Source: an uncultured bacterium (GTDB lineage: Bacteria > Acidobacteriota > Thermoanaerobaculia > Multivoradales > JAHZIX01). Taken from it: a stretch of 64,000 bases of DNA. The number at the start of each line of letters is the position of its first letter. The first letter of the stretch is position 1. Below are positions 8,803 to 21,500 of the stretch, in pieces. The DNA is taken from NCBI GenBank assembly GCA_965368975.1, contig CBDUPA010000001.1, positions 32,001-96,000 on the forward strand. The letters run 5' to 3'. Under the pieces are notes generated by a model. It saw only the letters and a program-made list of their open reading frames with translations. It ran no database searches and was not told the DNA's origin. A program made the position numbers and the translations under genes.

Positions 8803-9855
8803 ATGAGGACAAGCCCGCTGCAGTGTCGAGCGAACTGCCGGCCGTGCTCAGCACGCGCCGGTGTTTCCAATGTACTGGCCAGCTTTCTGGAGCTTCGAGT
8901 CTACGGGTTCACTGCTTGCCTGCTGGTCGCCAGCGCGCTCACGTGGCCCTTGGCGTCGTCGGCGCAGGAGGAATCTTCGTCGACGCAGCAGGCGGAGGGA
9001 CGGCCAGCTTTGGTCCTTGCGCCCGGTGCCGTGGCGCGCGAGCAGATGGTCGCCCTGGGCCGCGACCTCATCGTGCGTGGCGAGGCGCAGAGCGACATCG
9101 CCGCGCTCAACGGCGATATCGACGTTTCGGGCGTCGTGCGCGGTGATGTCGTCGTGCTCGGTGGCGACGTGCGCCTGGCACCCACCGCCCGTGTCGACGG
9201 GCAGGTGTTTGTGCTCGGCGGTGTCGTCGAGGCCGGCGCCGGGGCGCAGATCGGCGGCAAGTCGGTGGCCTATCCGAGCATTTCGCACGCCTGGGTGACG
9301 TTGCTGGAGGCACCTTCGCTGGGTCTGGAGCCGATGTCGCCGCTGGTGCTGGCGACCAAGCTCGCGTTGCTGACCGCCTGGGTGGCACTCATGCTGGGCT
9401 GCTTCGCGGCTGCCGGACGGCAAGTGCTGAGTACCTCGATCGGCGTCCAGCGCGAACCGTTCCGCAACTTCTACATCGGCCTGGTCGGCGTCTTGACCTT
9501 CGTGCTCACCGGCATCTTCCTGAGCAGCTTCGCTGGCGCCCTGGTGGCCCTGCCAATGTTGGTCCTGGTGGTGCTGTGGTTGCTGCTGCTCAAGCTGTGG
9601 GGCATGGTGGCGGTCTTCCACGCGCTCGGCGACTGGTGCGGCCACCACGTGCTGCGCCGCCGGCTGCGCCCGCTCGAGGCCTCGACGCTTGGCCTGCTGC
9701 TGCTCGGTGCGTGCAAGTTCATCCCGGAAGTCGGCACCTGGATCTGGACCGTCGCGGCGTTGATCGGCATCGGCGCGACCTTGAGCACCAAGTTCGGCCG
9801 CCGCGAACCCTGGTTCGACCTCGACGTGTTGGAACGGCCCGCTGTGGTAGGGTAA
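8803..9855 (+). CDS. Membrane protein with bactofilin/polymer-forming beta-helix domain
   Basis: Signal peptide, G-D-V/I repeats (NGDIDVSGVVRGDVVVLGGDV), then 4-5 TM helices; common third gene of such ECF operons. Start uncertain. Confidence 0.7.
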   Translation: MRTSPLQCRANCRPCSARAGVSNVLASFLELRVYGFTACLLVASALTWPLASSAQEESSSTQQAEGRPALVLAPGAVAREQMVALGRDLIVRGEAQSDIAALNGDIDVSGVVRGDVVVLGGDVRLAPTARVDGQVFVLGGVVEAGAGAQIGGKSVAYPSISHAWVTLLEAPSLGLEPMSPLVLATKLALLTAWVALMLGCFAAAGRQVLSTSIGVQREPFRNFYIGLVGVLTFVLTGIFLSSFAGALVALPMLVLVVLWLLLLKLWGMVAVFHALGDWCGHHVLRRRLRPLEASTLGLLLLGACKFIPEVGTWIWTVAALIGIGATLSTKFGRREPWFDLDVLERPAVVG

Positions 9856-9904
9856 CGAACCATCGCGTTGTGGAACGCGCCTCCCCACCGCAGAGATCGC
9901 ACCT

Positions 9905-11890
9905 ATGCTCGCCAACACACCGGGATCCATTTTCTGCCAGGTTTGCGGAGCAGCCAATCCGGACGACGCGGAGTACTGCCTGCAATGCCAGCATCGCTTG
10001 CTGGTGCTTTCCGGTGCCGAAGAAGTGGACTTCGAGCCGGATGTCGCGGCGAGTGAAGAGACCAGTTTCGAAGAGCACCTGCTGGAGCGCATCTCCGTGC
10101 TCGAAGAGGTTGTCCGGCGCTCTGGCGAGACTCTACGCCAGTTGCTCGGTGCGCTGCGCAAGCAGGAACAGAACACGCTGGTGACCCAGACCGGGCTCAG
10201 CAGCCTGCTCGAACTGCTCGACCAGAAGGGCTTGGTGGCGCAGGAGAGTTGGAGCGAGCTGTGGGAAGCGCGCATGGACCAGCAGCTGCTGGCGCTCGAG
10301 CGACGCGACCGTTTCCTGGCCATCCGCGAGCGGGCAGCTGCGCTCTACCACGGTGGCCGTCGGCGCGAGTTCCAGCAACTGCTGTCTGAAGCCGAGATGG
10401 CCTTCTTCGCTCTCGACACCGACGCCGGTGTGCGGGCCCTCGAAGCCGCCTTCGAACTCGATCGCAACAACGACCCGCTGGCCTACTTCCTGGGTGAGGC
10501 AGCGTTCAATGACGGCGATGCTGAGCGTGCCCTGGCCTTCTTCCATCAGCTGCTGCAGGTGCGGCCCGACCACTACGAGGGTCTGGTCTACTGCGGTGTC
10601 ATCGAGTACGAGCGCGGTGCCCTCGAAGTCGCTGAGCAGTTGTTGCAGCGTGCGGTCGAACTCTACCCGCATTCCTTCCTGCCGCACTTCAGTCTCGGTG
10701 CCGTCTACGCTGGCTGCGGCAGGCTCACCGAGGCGGTCGATTGCCTGGAGCGGGCCATCCAACTCGACGCGGTGCCGCAGGCCTTCTATCTGCTCGGCAA
10801 CTGCTGCTATGAACTGGGCCGTCTGGGTGCCGCGATCCGGCACTTGCAGAAAGCGGTGCAACTCGATCCCGCGTTCGCGCAGGCCTACTACCTGTTGACG
10901 CTGGCCTACCTCGACCGTCGCTGGCACCGCAAAGCCATGGACGCGCTGCGCCGAGCGCAGGAGCTGTCGCCGAAGACCATCGGCGTGCGCTACCTGGATG
11001 GTGCCGAGGGCGGGCCGCTGCCACCGGTCGAAGGTGCCGCCAGTGCCTGGTACGACCAGGCTGAGAAGCTGGTGCGCCACGACAACCCGCGCGCCGCTTT
11101 CCAGTGCTACCGGGAAGCCCTGCTCCTGGAGCCCGACAACGCCACGTTGCTGTTGTCGTACGCGCGCTTGTGTCTGCGCCTCAACCGCAGCCGCGAGATC
11201 GAAGCCGTGGCTCGCCGTGTGCTCGACCTCGATCCAGACGACACGCTGCGCGCCACCGCCTGCGCCACCTTGATCGAAGCCTTGCGCTCCCAGGGGCGCT
11301 ACCGCGAGGGAAACCGCATCGGCCTGCGCCTGCTGAGCGAGGACAAACGCGAAGCCACATCCGCGAGCGCGGGATCGCCCCAAGAGACGGCACCCCAAGA
11401 GACGCCACCCCAAGAGACGTCGACCCAGCAGGAGTCGCCCCAGGATAGGCCGCCGCGAGACGTGCCCGGCCCGGATGCCGCCGACCTCTCGAGCGAGTCC
11501 GAACTCACCCGCACGGTCGCCTATTCCGAAGTCGCCTACAACCTGGCTGAGATGGAAGAAGACTTGGATCAGGCTCTCGACTTTGCCCGCCGCTCGGTCG
11601 AGCTATCGCCCGAAGCGCTCAAGGGCTTCCCGCTGGCTGCGCTCGGCTGGGTGCACTACAAGCGCAAGGAGTTCGACCAAGCCATCGACTGCCTGGCGCA
11701 GTCGACCGAACTCTCTCCGTCGCCGGCTGCCCTGACACACCTGGGCATGGCGCTACTGGCATCCGGTCAGCGAGAGCAAGCGCGCTCCGTGCTGGCGCGC
11801 GCGCGTTCCCTCGAAGAGCCTGAGACCCTGGAAGCGAGCGGCACGGAATCCGGTGTCGCCAGCCGCGTTCAGGATCTGCTGTCGCGCTGA
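9905..11890 (+). CDS. Zinc-ribbon + tetratricopeptide repeat protein
   Basis: CQVCGAAN...YCLQC zinc ribbon, coiled coil and many TPR-like helices; PQET repeat insertion near the C-terminus. Confidence 0.85.
   Translation: MLANTPGSIFCQVCGAANPDDAEYCLQCQHRLLVLSGAEEVDFEPDVAASEETSFEEHLLERISVLEEVVRRSGETLRQLLGALRKQEQNTLVTQTGLSSLLELLDQKGLVAQESWSELWEARMDQQLLALERRDRFLAIRERAAALYHGGRRREFQQLLSEAEMAFFALDTDAGVRALEAAFELDRNNDPLAYFLGEAAFNDGDAERALAFFHQLLQVRPDHYEGLVYCGVIEYERGALEVAEQLLQRAVELYPHSFLPHFSLGAVYAGCGRLTEAVDCLERAIQLDAVPQAFYLLGNCCYELGRLGAAIRHLQKAVQLDPAFAQAYYLLTLAYLDRRWHRKAMDALRRAQELSPKTIGVRYLDGAEGGPLPPVEGAASAWYDQAEKLVRHDNPRAAFQCYREALLLEPDNATLLLSYARLCLRLNRSREIEAVARRVLDLDPDDTLRATACATLIEALRSQGRYREGNRIGLRLLSEDKREATSASAGSPQETAPQETPPQETSTQQESPQDRPPRDVPGPDAADLSSESELTRTVAYSEVAYNLAEMEEDLDQALDFARRSVELSPEALKGFPLAALGWVHYKRKEFDQAIDCLAQSTELSPSPAALTHLGMALLASGQREQARSVLARARSLEEPETLEASGTESGVASRVQDLLSR
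11378..11465 (+). repeat. 15-nt tandem repeat (about 6 degenerate units) inside the TPR gene
   Basis: CAAGAGACG at 11381, 11396, 11411, degenerate copies at 11426, 11441, 11456; encodes PQETA-PQETP-PQETS-TQQES-PQDRP. Confidence 0.85.
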
Positions 11891-11894
11891 CCAG

Positions 11895-11933
11895 CTCTTC
11901 ACTGCAATTCTTCACTGCAACTCTTCACTGCGA
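11895..11933. repeat. 13-nt tandem repeat x3 across the bioY stop codon
   Basis: CTCTTCACTGCAA / TTCTTCACTGCAA / CTCTTCACTGCGA. Confidence 0.85.
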
Positions 11934-12487
11934 CGGGCCGCCCACCAGAGCAGTGCCGCCACGGCCAGGCTCTTGAGCGCCGCTCCCGGCAGGAACGGCA
12001 GCAGGCCGCCGTCGATCGCCCGCTGCCAGCCGGCGCTCTGCGCCAGCCACGGCAAGCCGGCAAGGAAGATGAACGCGTGGCAGATCAGCATCGCCGCCAG
12101 TGACATCCCGAAGCGTCGATTCCAGCCACGCTCGACCATCCGTCCAGCCAGCCAGGCGGCACCCAGGAAGCCGAGCAGGAAGCCGCCGGTCGGTCCCAGC
12201 AGGTGCTGCATGCCGGCACTGCCGTTGGCGAACACCGGCATACCGAAGGCCCCGGCCAGTAGGTAGATCACCACGCCCAGCGTGCCCCACACGGGGCCGA
12301 GGATGGCGCCGAAGAGCAGGACGAAGAACGTCTGTAGCGTCAACGGTACCGTCGTTCCGGGCAGCGGTAGCGCGAGCTGGGCTCCGATGGCGATGAACAA
12401 GGCGGCGCCGATGCTGAGGGCCAGCTTGCGGATGGGGTCGGCGGGCTCGGGTTCTCGGTAGGTGCTGTCCGGGGCGAGGTCGTTCAT
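11912..12487 (-). CDS. bioY: Biotin transporter BioY (ECF S component)
   Basis: VPLTLQT, YLLAGAFGMPVFA, GPTGGFLLGF, PFLPG motifs. Start ATG 12487. Confidence 0.93.
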   Translation of the reverse strand: MNDLAPDSTYREPEPADPIRKLALSIGAALFIAIGAQLALPLPGTTVPLTLQTFFVLLFGAILGPVWGTLGVVIYLLAGAFGMPVFANGSAGMQHLLGPTGGFLLGFLGAAWLAGRMVERGWNRRFGMSLAAMLICHAFIFLAGLPWLAQSAGWQRAIDGGLLPFLPGAALKSLAVAALLWWAARRSEELQ

Positions 12488-12577
12488 GGGGCAGAGTCTA
12501 GCGCAGGTGGTCGAGGGCGGCTTTGCGCTACACTCAGGCTCCTCTCGAGGACTTCCGGATTGACCGCCGTCACACCC

Positions 12578-15500
12578 ATGAGCCGAAGCCAGAAACCCGC
12601 GTTTTATCCGCTGTCGCCGCTGCAGCAGGGCATGTTGTTCCATGCCCTGGAAGCACCGGCCAGCGACGCCTATTTCGAGCAGAGTCCACTGTGGCTGGAC
12701 GGTGAGCTGGATCTGCGCGCGCTGCACCGAGCGTGGCAGGTGGTGGTGGACCGGCACGAGGTGCTACGCACGTCGTTTGTCTGGGGCAAGGTGCGCGAGC
12801 CGGTGCAGGTGGTGCAGCCGCGGCTGCGCTTGCCGATGGCGGTGATGGATCTGAGCGGTGTCGCGAACGTGGAGCCGGAAGTGCGCGGCGACGGTCCGGT
12901 GGCGGAGTTGCTACGCCAGGATCGGCTGCATCCGTTCGACCTGGGGCGCGCGCCGCTCTTGCGCCTGACAGTGCTGCGTCTGCACGCGCACAGCTGGGTC
13001 ATGGTCTGGTCGTGTCACCACATCCTGCTCGACGGCTGGTCACAGGCTTTGATCACGGCGGATCTCTTCCGCGCCTACACGATTCTGCAAGGTGCGAGGG
13101 ATGCTTCCGCGGCGGCGGCAGGTCAGCAGGTGGAGTCGGTACTCGGTCCTGCACCGCCGCCGTTTCGCGGCTACATAGCCTGGCTGCGCAAGCGGCCCAG
13201 GGAAGAGACCGAGGCCTATTGGCGTCAGCGCCTGGCCGGCTATGACGAGTCGGTCGCCTTGGCCTCGCTACTGCCCAAGAGCCCTCTACCCAAGAGTCCA
13301 CAGCCCAAGATCCCACCGACGACCGACGAGGACGTGGTGGGTGGCACTACAGTGCGTTTGCAGACGGCGCTATCGGCAGAGCTGGTCGCACGCCTGCAAG
13401 GCTACGTGCGCAGCCATGGCCTGACGCTCAACACCTTGTTTCAGGGGGCGCTGGCGCTGCTGCTGGCTCGGTATTCGGCACGGTCGGACGTCGCCTTCGG
13501 CATCGTGGTTGCCGGTCGACCGCCGCAGTTGCCGGGAGCCGAGCGCATGGTCGGTTTGTTCATCAACACGGTACCGCTGCGGGTCAGCACTGCCGGGGTG
13601 GCGCCTGGAGACGGAGGGCAGCCCAGCACCGCGGCGCTCGACTGGCTGCGCGAGCTGCACACCGAGGCGGGACGCCAGCGCGCCTTCGAGCACGCACCTC
13701 TGCTCGACGTGCAGCGCTGGAGCGATGTCCCTCCCGGCGGTCAGCTCTTCGACACCTTGCTGGCGTTCGAGAATTATCCGGTCGAGCAGCCGACGGGCAG
13801 TGAGGCGCTGCGCTTGCGCTGGCTGCCGTCGCCGAGTGGCACCAACTTTCCGCTGTCGCTGGTGGTGGTGCCGGGGGAGCAGATGTGGCTCAACGCCCAC
13901 TACGCCGGCGCCAGCCTCGATGCCACCGCCGTGCACCGGCTGGTGCGCCACCTGCGGACGCTGGTCGACGGGCTCGGCCGGGACGGTGCGCGCCTCGAGG
14001 CTCTGCCTCTGCTGAGCACGGCCGAACGGCACCAGCTGTGCGTCGAATGGACCGATGCGGCCAGTCCCTTTGCCGCCGCCGCGTCGCTGGCCGAACTGGC
14101 TGCCTTGCGTGTGCGCGCGCGGCCGGAGTCGGTGGCGGTGGTCTATGGTCGCCGGCACCTGAGCTACCGCGAGCTGGCGCGCCGCTCCGGGACCGTGGCG
14201 GCGCAGCTACAGCTGCACGGGATCCGTCGCGGCGACATCGTTGGGCTCTACTTGGAGCGCTCGCCGGAGTTGATCGTCGCGCTGTTGGCGATCCTGCGTG
14301 CCGGTGGCGCCTACCTGCCGCTCGACCTGGCCTATCCGGACGAGCGCGTCGCCTTCCTGCTCGCCGACGCCGGGGCGACTTCGGTGGTGACCGACGGTGC
14401 CCACGCCGAGAAGCTGCCTGCGCCCTGGGGCGGGCAACGTCTGTGCCTCGAAAACCTGCTGGCACCGGTAGCCCTGCCGGCTGCCCAGCGAGTGACGGAA
14501 GACGAGTTGCACGGTGACGACCTGGCGTACGTCATCTACACCTCCGGTTCGAGCGGCCGGCCGAAGGGGACCGCGGTACCGCAGCGAGCGGTGGTGCGAC
14601 TGATCCTGGGGCAACACCGGCCGAGCCAGGCCTACGGTCAGCTCGGGCCAGAGACGCGTTTCGGGCAGGTTGCCAACACCTCTTTCGACGCTGCCACCTA
14701 CGAGATCTGGGGCGCTCTGCTCAGCGGCGGCTGTCTGGTCGGTGTACCGCGTCGGGTCAGCCTGCAGCCGCGGCACCTGGGCCGCTTCCTGCGCCGCCGG
14801 CGCATCGACACGACTTTCATTACTGCTGCGCTCTTCGCCCAGACGGTGCAGGTCGATCCCTACGCGTTCAGCGGCATGCGTGACTTGCTGGTTGGCGGTG
14901 AGGCGGTCGATCCGGACGCCGCTCGACGTCTGCTCACCGGACCCGCGCCACCGCGCCGCCTGCTCAATGGCTACGGCCCGACCGAATGCACCACCTTCGC
15001 CGTCGTAGGGCAGATCGAGCCGCCGCCGGTGGGGGCCAAGTCGGTACCGCTGGGGCGCCCGATCGGCAATACCGATGTGCGGGTGCTGGACCGCGCTGGC
15101 GAGCCGGTGCCGGTTGGCGTCGCGGGGGAGCTGCGCCTCGGGGGGGCCGGTCTGGCCTGGGGCTACCTGGGACGCGCGGCGCTGACGGCCGAACGCTTTG
15201 TGCCCGCTGGTGAATGGCTCGCCGGAGGGTTGGTGGGACGAGGCCGACGCCTCTATCGCACGGGCGACTTGGTGCGCTGGTTGGGCGATGGTCGCCTCGA
15301 CTTTCTCGGCCGGCTCGACGATCAGGTCAAGCTGCGTGGCTACCGTATCGAGCCGGGGGAGATCGCGGCGCGGCTGCGCGAGCACGAGTCGGTGCGCGAC
15401 GCCGTTGTACGCCTGCTCCCTTCGGGCGAGGGCGAACGGCGGCTCGTGGCGTGGGTGATCCCGGCTCCTGGCGCCCACGGCGGTGTGCCCCCCCATCCAG

Positions 15501-18500
15501 CTTGGCGTGCCTATCTGGCCCAGCGGTTGCCCGACTACATGGTGCCGTCACTCTTCGTGCCTGTCGAGGCGATTCCGCTGACCGCTCACGGCAAGGCGGA
15601 CCACCGGGCGCTGGCGACTCTGGCGGAAACGTCGGCGATCGGTCCGTTGGACGCCTACGTGCCGCCGCGCACGGCGACCGAAGAGCTGCTGGCGGGTCTC
15701 TACGCGCAGGTGCTGGAGGCACCCGAAGGGACGCGGGTCGGTGCCGAGGGCCATTTCTTCGACCTCGGCGGTCACTCGCTGCTGGCCATGCGCCTGGTGG
15801 CGCGCATCGCCGAGGTGCTGGAGGTCGAGCTGCCATTGGGCGAGCTGTTCGAGCATCCGCGCGTCTCCGAGCTGGCCGGGCGTCTCGACCAGCTGGCCTT
15901 TGGTGCCGCCGACTGGCGTTCGACGCCGATCGAACTGCTGGAACGTGCGGCCGGGGCGGAGATGTTGCTCGAGGCGCCCCTGTCTTTCGCCCAGCAACGC
16001 CTGTGGTTCCTCGACCGCCTGGAGCCGGGCAACGCCTTCTACAACATCGCCACCGCCCTGGAGTTGCGACCCACCGCGGAGACGGGGGGAACTCTCTCCC
16101 TGCGAGCCTTCGTTGCCGCCGTCGACGAGCTGGCGCACCGGCACGAGATCCTGCGTACCACCTACACAACCGTGAGCGGACAGCCGCGGCAGCGCGTGCA
16201 CGCCTGGGAGTCCCGTCCTCGCAGGTGCTCGAGCAGGTCTGTCGACCTGAGCAAGCTTATCGACTTGCGTGCACTGGATTGCGCGACGGCTGAAGAGCAG
16301 CAGCAGCGGCTGTTGCAGCGCGAGAGCCGGCGTCCGTTCGACCTCGCCCACGGTCCGGTGGTCCGCGCGCTCTTGCTGTGTCGAGACGACCGTCACACCT
16401 TGCTCTTGACGCTGCATCACATCGCCGGCGATGGCTGGTCGATGGGCGTCCTGGTGCGCGATTTCTCGGCTTGCTATCGGGCCCTCCTCGAACAGAATGG
16501 CACGCAAGATCGTGAGCAGGACTCCGAGTCCCTTGCCGGGCAGAAGGACGGTCCGCGGCCTCTGCCGTTGCAGCCTCTGCCATTGCAATATGCCGACTAC
16601 GCCCACTGGCAACGCCAGCGTCTCGACACCGAGCAGCTGACCGCCGGTGTCGACTGGTGGCGACAGCAGCTCGAGGGTCTGCCGTCGCATCTCGACCTGC
16701 CGACCGACCGTCCACGGCCGGCGGTGCAGAGCTACCGTGGCGCGGCGCTGCCGTTGCGCCTGGACGACCTGTCGGAGCCGCTCCACGAACTGGCCCGGCA
16801 GCAGGGTGTGACCCTCTTCATGGTCCTGCTCGCCGCCTACCAGCTGCTGCTCGGCAAACTGGCAGCGAGTCGGGATCTGGCTGTCGGTACGCCGGTGGCG
16901 GGTCGGGATCGGTCCGAGTTCGAGCGGCTGGTCGGCTGCTTCGTCAACACCGTCGTGCTGCGCGCACGCCTGGCCGGCGAGGGCGCCGCGCCGCCCGCGA
17001 ACGTCGCCCAGCTGTTACGGAATACGCGCCAGACGTGCTTGGACGCTTTCGCGCACCAGGAGGTGCCGTTCGAGAAACTGGTCGAGACCCTGGCTCCGGA
17101 GCGCGACCTGGCGCGGGCGGCCTTGTTTCAGGCCATGTTCGTGCTCAACAGCACACCCCGACCGCGGCTGCGGCTGCCGGGCCTCGAGGCTTCGGCCTTG
17201 TCTGTTGGCACGGATAGCTCGAAGTTCGACCTGACGCTCACCCTGGCCGCCGCGGAGACCAGCACGGACGCCGCGCCCGCCGAGAGTCCGCGTCGAGAGG
17301 GGCAGCTGGGGGGCCAGCTGGCCTACAGCCGCGACCTCTTCGACGCCACCACCATCGAGCACCTGGGCCGGCGTCTACGCGCACTGCTCGGCGCCTGGGT
17401 CGAAGATCCCGAGTGCGAGCTCGACGCCTTGCCCTGGATGGCCCCGGTCGAGATCCACCAGCTGCGCCACGAGTGGGGCGGTGCTGGCCTGCCGGCTCTA
17501 CGCGGTGCGGTGCCCTCCGTCGTCGAGCGCTTGCGCCAGCAGGCGCAGCGGGCTCCGCTGGCCGCGGCCTTGGAGCAGGACGGCGTGGTGCTGACCTACG
17601 GCGAGCTGCAGCAGCGCGCCGAGCGCCTGGCGGGTCATCTCGCGCACGCGCTGCGCACCACTGCCGTCGACGCGCGTTTCGATGCCACGGAATCGGTCGT
17701 GGCGCTGGCGCTGGAGCGCACGCCGGCCTACGTCGTGGCGGCCTACGCGGCCCTGCTCGCTGGCGCCGCCTACCTGCCGCTGGATACGGCTCAGCCTGCC
17801 GTCCGGCTGCGACGCTTGCTCGCCGACGTGGCGCGGTCGGCGCCCGGCGCGGAGCGTCCGCTGGTGCTGGTGACCTCGGCTGACGGCGAGCGCAACACGA
17901 GCGATCCCTTTACCGTCGTCGCCGTGGATGCTCAGGGCGAGCCGGTCGCGGCAGACGACGAGTCCGCGACGACCAGCCCGCCACCGGTCTGGGCCACGGA
18001 GCCGGACGCCCAGCGTCTGGCCTACCTGATCACGACCTCCGGCTCCACCGGAAAGCCGAAGCCGGTCGCCGTGCCACACGCGGCGCTGCGCAAGCTGCTG
18101 GTCTGGGCACCGGAGGCCTACGAGGTGCGAGCCGGTGATCGCTCGGCGCTGTTCGGAGGTCTCGGCTTTGACGCCACGGTGCTCGACCTCTGGTTGCCGC
18201 TGGTCAGCGGCGCCTGTCTGTGCCTGCCACCAGCGGGCGACCGAGGCCGTGAACTGTTCGCCGCTCCCACGGTGCTGCGCACCTGGATCGCCGAGGCACG
18301 GCTGACGCACGCCAAGCTGCCCACACCGCTGCTCGAGCGCCTGCTCGAACTACCGCCACCGGCTGCAGCGTCAGACACCGAGGGCTCGGCTCTGCGCGTC
18401 CTGATTACCGGTGGTGACCGGCTGCACGTTGGCCTACCGGTTGCTTGGGCCGACTTGGGGATTCGGCTCTACAACCAGTACGGGCCGAGCGAGACTACGG

Positions 18501-21500
18501 TGTTGGTCAGCCGGGCGCGGGTGCTCAGCGACGCTGGTCGCGGCTCGAGCGGCTTGCCCAGTCTGGGCCGTCCGGCCGCTGGGGCCTGCCTATCCGTAGT
18601 TGATGCGCAGTTCGACTTGGTGCCGAGCGGCTGTGCCGGGGAGCTGCTGATCTGCGGTCCCGGGCTAGCTCGCGGGTACCTTGATCGTCCCGCGCGGACG
18701 GCCGTCTCGTTCGTTCCCGACCTGTGGGGCCGCGGCGCGCGCGCTTACCGCTCCGGCGACCTGGTGCGCTGGCTGGCCGACGGGGAGCTGGAGTTCCTCG
18801 GCCGCCTGGACCGCCAAGTCAAGCTGCGCGGCTTCCGCATCGAACCGGGGGAGATCGAAGCCGCGCTGCTGGCGCGCGACGAGGTCGCGCACGTGGCGGT
18901 CGTGTTGCGCGGGGAGGGGAGGGAAGCGCGGTTGGTGGCGTTCGTGGTGGTGGGGGAGAAGATGTCTGGGCATCCGGATCCATCGCTGCCTACCGCGTTG
19001 CAGGCGTACCTCCGCCACGAGTTGCCGCCCTACATGGTCCCGGCCTCGATCGTCGTCCTCGATGTCCTGCCGACCACCGAGCGCGGCAAGCTCGACCGCA
19101 GAGCGCTGGCCACCTGGTCCTTGGACGTTCCGGCATCGCCACCGGAAGCTCCGAGCGATATCTCCGCGCCGGGAGACACCGCTGCCCCGCGAGAGGCTAC
19201 CGGCCTGCGCCGTACCATTGCCGACATCTGGCGGCGCGTGCTCGACGTCGAGCAGGTGGCGGCGGGCGACAACTTCTTCGATCTCGGTGGTCACTCGCTG
19301 CTGCTGGTCGAGGTGCAGGAAGCGCTGCAATTGGAACTCGACCGCGAGGTGCGGGTACTCGACCTCTTCCGCTACCCGACCGTCGAGGCCTTGGCCGGCT
19401 ACCTGGGCGAGGGGCAGCGCGAACAGCTGCTGCCGGCGGTGACGCCGCGTGCGCGGGACAGCCGGGCGCCGGACGTTCCCACGGGCGCGGTGGCGGTGAT
19501 CGGCATGGCCGGGCGTTTTCCGGGGGCGCCGGACCTCGATGCCTTCTGGCACAACTTGCAGGGCGGCGTCGAGGGCATCACCTTCTTCGACCGCGACGAG
19601 TTGCTGGCAGCCGGGGTGCCACCCGCTCAGGCCGACGATCCCAACTACGTGCCGGCCATGGGCGTGCTGGAGGATGCCGACCAGTTCGACGCCCGCTTCT
19701 TCGGCTATGCGCCGCGTGACGCGCAGCTGCTCGATCCGCAGATCCGTGTCTGCCTGGAGCTGGCCTGGCACGCCATGGAGGACGCCGGCTACGATCCACG
19801 CCGCTACCCGGGCCGCGTTGGTGTCTACGCTGGGGCCAGTCAGAGCGGCTACCAGCTGAATGTCTACTCGCAGCCCGAGCTGCTGGCGCGTCTGGGTGGC
19901 TTGCAGGTCGAGCCGACCAACGTCCAGCGCCTGCCGCTGGTGGTGTCGTACCAGCTGGACCTCAAGGGACCGAGTTTCTATCTCTATACCGCCTGTTCGA
20001 CCTCGCTGCTCGCCGTCCACCTGGCCCGCCAGGCCTTGCTCGACGGCGACTGCGACATGGCGCTGGCCGGTGGCGTGGCGATCGACGCGGTGCCGCGTGG
20101 CTATCGCTTCGAGCCGGGTGGCATCCTGTCGTCCGACGGGCATACACGCTCGTTCAGCGACCAGGCGAGCGGTGCCGTCAAGGGCAATGGTGCCGGCCTG
20201 GTGGTGCTCAAGCGGCTGGACCGCGCCCTCGCTGACGGTGATCGCATCCAGGCAGTGATCCGCGGCACCGCGGTCAACAACGACGGTGCCTCCAAGGTCG
20301 GCTTCACTGCTCCGAGCGTTGCCGGGGAAGCGTCGGCGGTGCGGGACGCCTTGGCCGCCGCGGGCGTGCCGGCGTCGTCCGTGCAACTGATCGAGGCGCA
20401 CGGCAGCGCCACGCCGCTGGGGGATCCGATCGAGGTCGAGGCGCTGCAGCTGGCTTTCCAGGCGGACGGGGCTGAGGCTGAGACGCCCGTCGCGATCGGT
20501 TCAGTGAAGAGCAACATCGGCCACCTCGACACCGCCGCCGGCGTCGCTGGTCTGCTCAAGGCGATCCTGGCCCTGCGCCACCAGCAGCAGCCGCCGTCGA
20601 TCGGCTGCCAGCGGCCCAATCCGGCCATCGACTTCGGCGCTGGTCCCTTCTTCGTCAATACCGAGCTGCGTCCCTGGCCCGTACCCGAGACAGCTGCCGG
20701 CCCCGCGCCGCGCCGTGCTGGCGTCAGTTCCTTTGGCATCGGTGGCACCAACGTGCACGTGGTGGTGGAGGAAGCCCCGCCACTGGCCGCGCGCGACGCC
20801 AGTCCGCCTTGGCACCTGTGGCTGCTGTCCGCCAAGACGGAAGCGGCCGTGGCCGCGCGCTGCCAGGATCTCGCCAATTTCTTGCCGCACTGCCAGCCGG
20901 CACCCGATCCCGCCGATGTCGCCTTCACCCTACACGCCGGTCGCGGCGTCTTTGCCCATCGTCGAGCCCTGGTCGTCCGCGACCTGGCCGATGCTGTCGA
21001 AGTCTTGCAGGGCGCCACCGAGGGGAGCCCTCAGGCCGCCCGCCTGCTGCTGGGCCAGGTCGACGAGCGGGCCGAAGCCGCCGCCCGCGAGCCGGTTTTC
21101 CTGCTCGGCGGCCTCGGTGACCAGTACCCGGGCATGGCGCGCGGTCTCTACCAGCACGAGCCAGTGTTCCGGCGCGAACTGGAGCGCTGTGCCGCCGTGC
21201 TCGACCGCGTGCTCGACGTGCCCTTGACCGAGCTGCTATTCCCGGAGGCCTTCGGAGGAGTCGAGGCTGGAGAGGGCGAGGCGGCCAGCGCCGGACCCGA
21301 TCTGCGCGCACTCCTCGGTCGTGGCAAGGATCGTGGACACGACGGCGAGAGCGAGGCCCAGCGGGCGGCTCGACGGGTAGCTCGACTGCGCCTGGACCGC
21401 ACACGGTACCTGCAGCCGGCGCTTTTTGCCGTCGACTACGCGCTGGCCCGACTGCTCGAAGCGCGCGGTGTGCAGCCGGCGGCGTTGCTCGGGTACAGCT

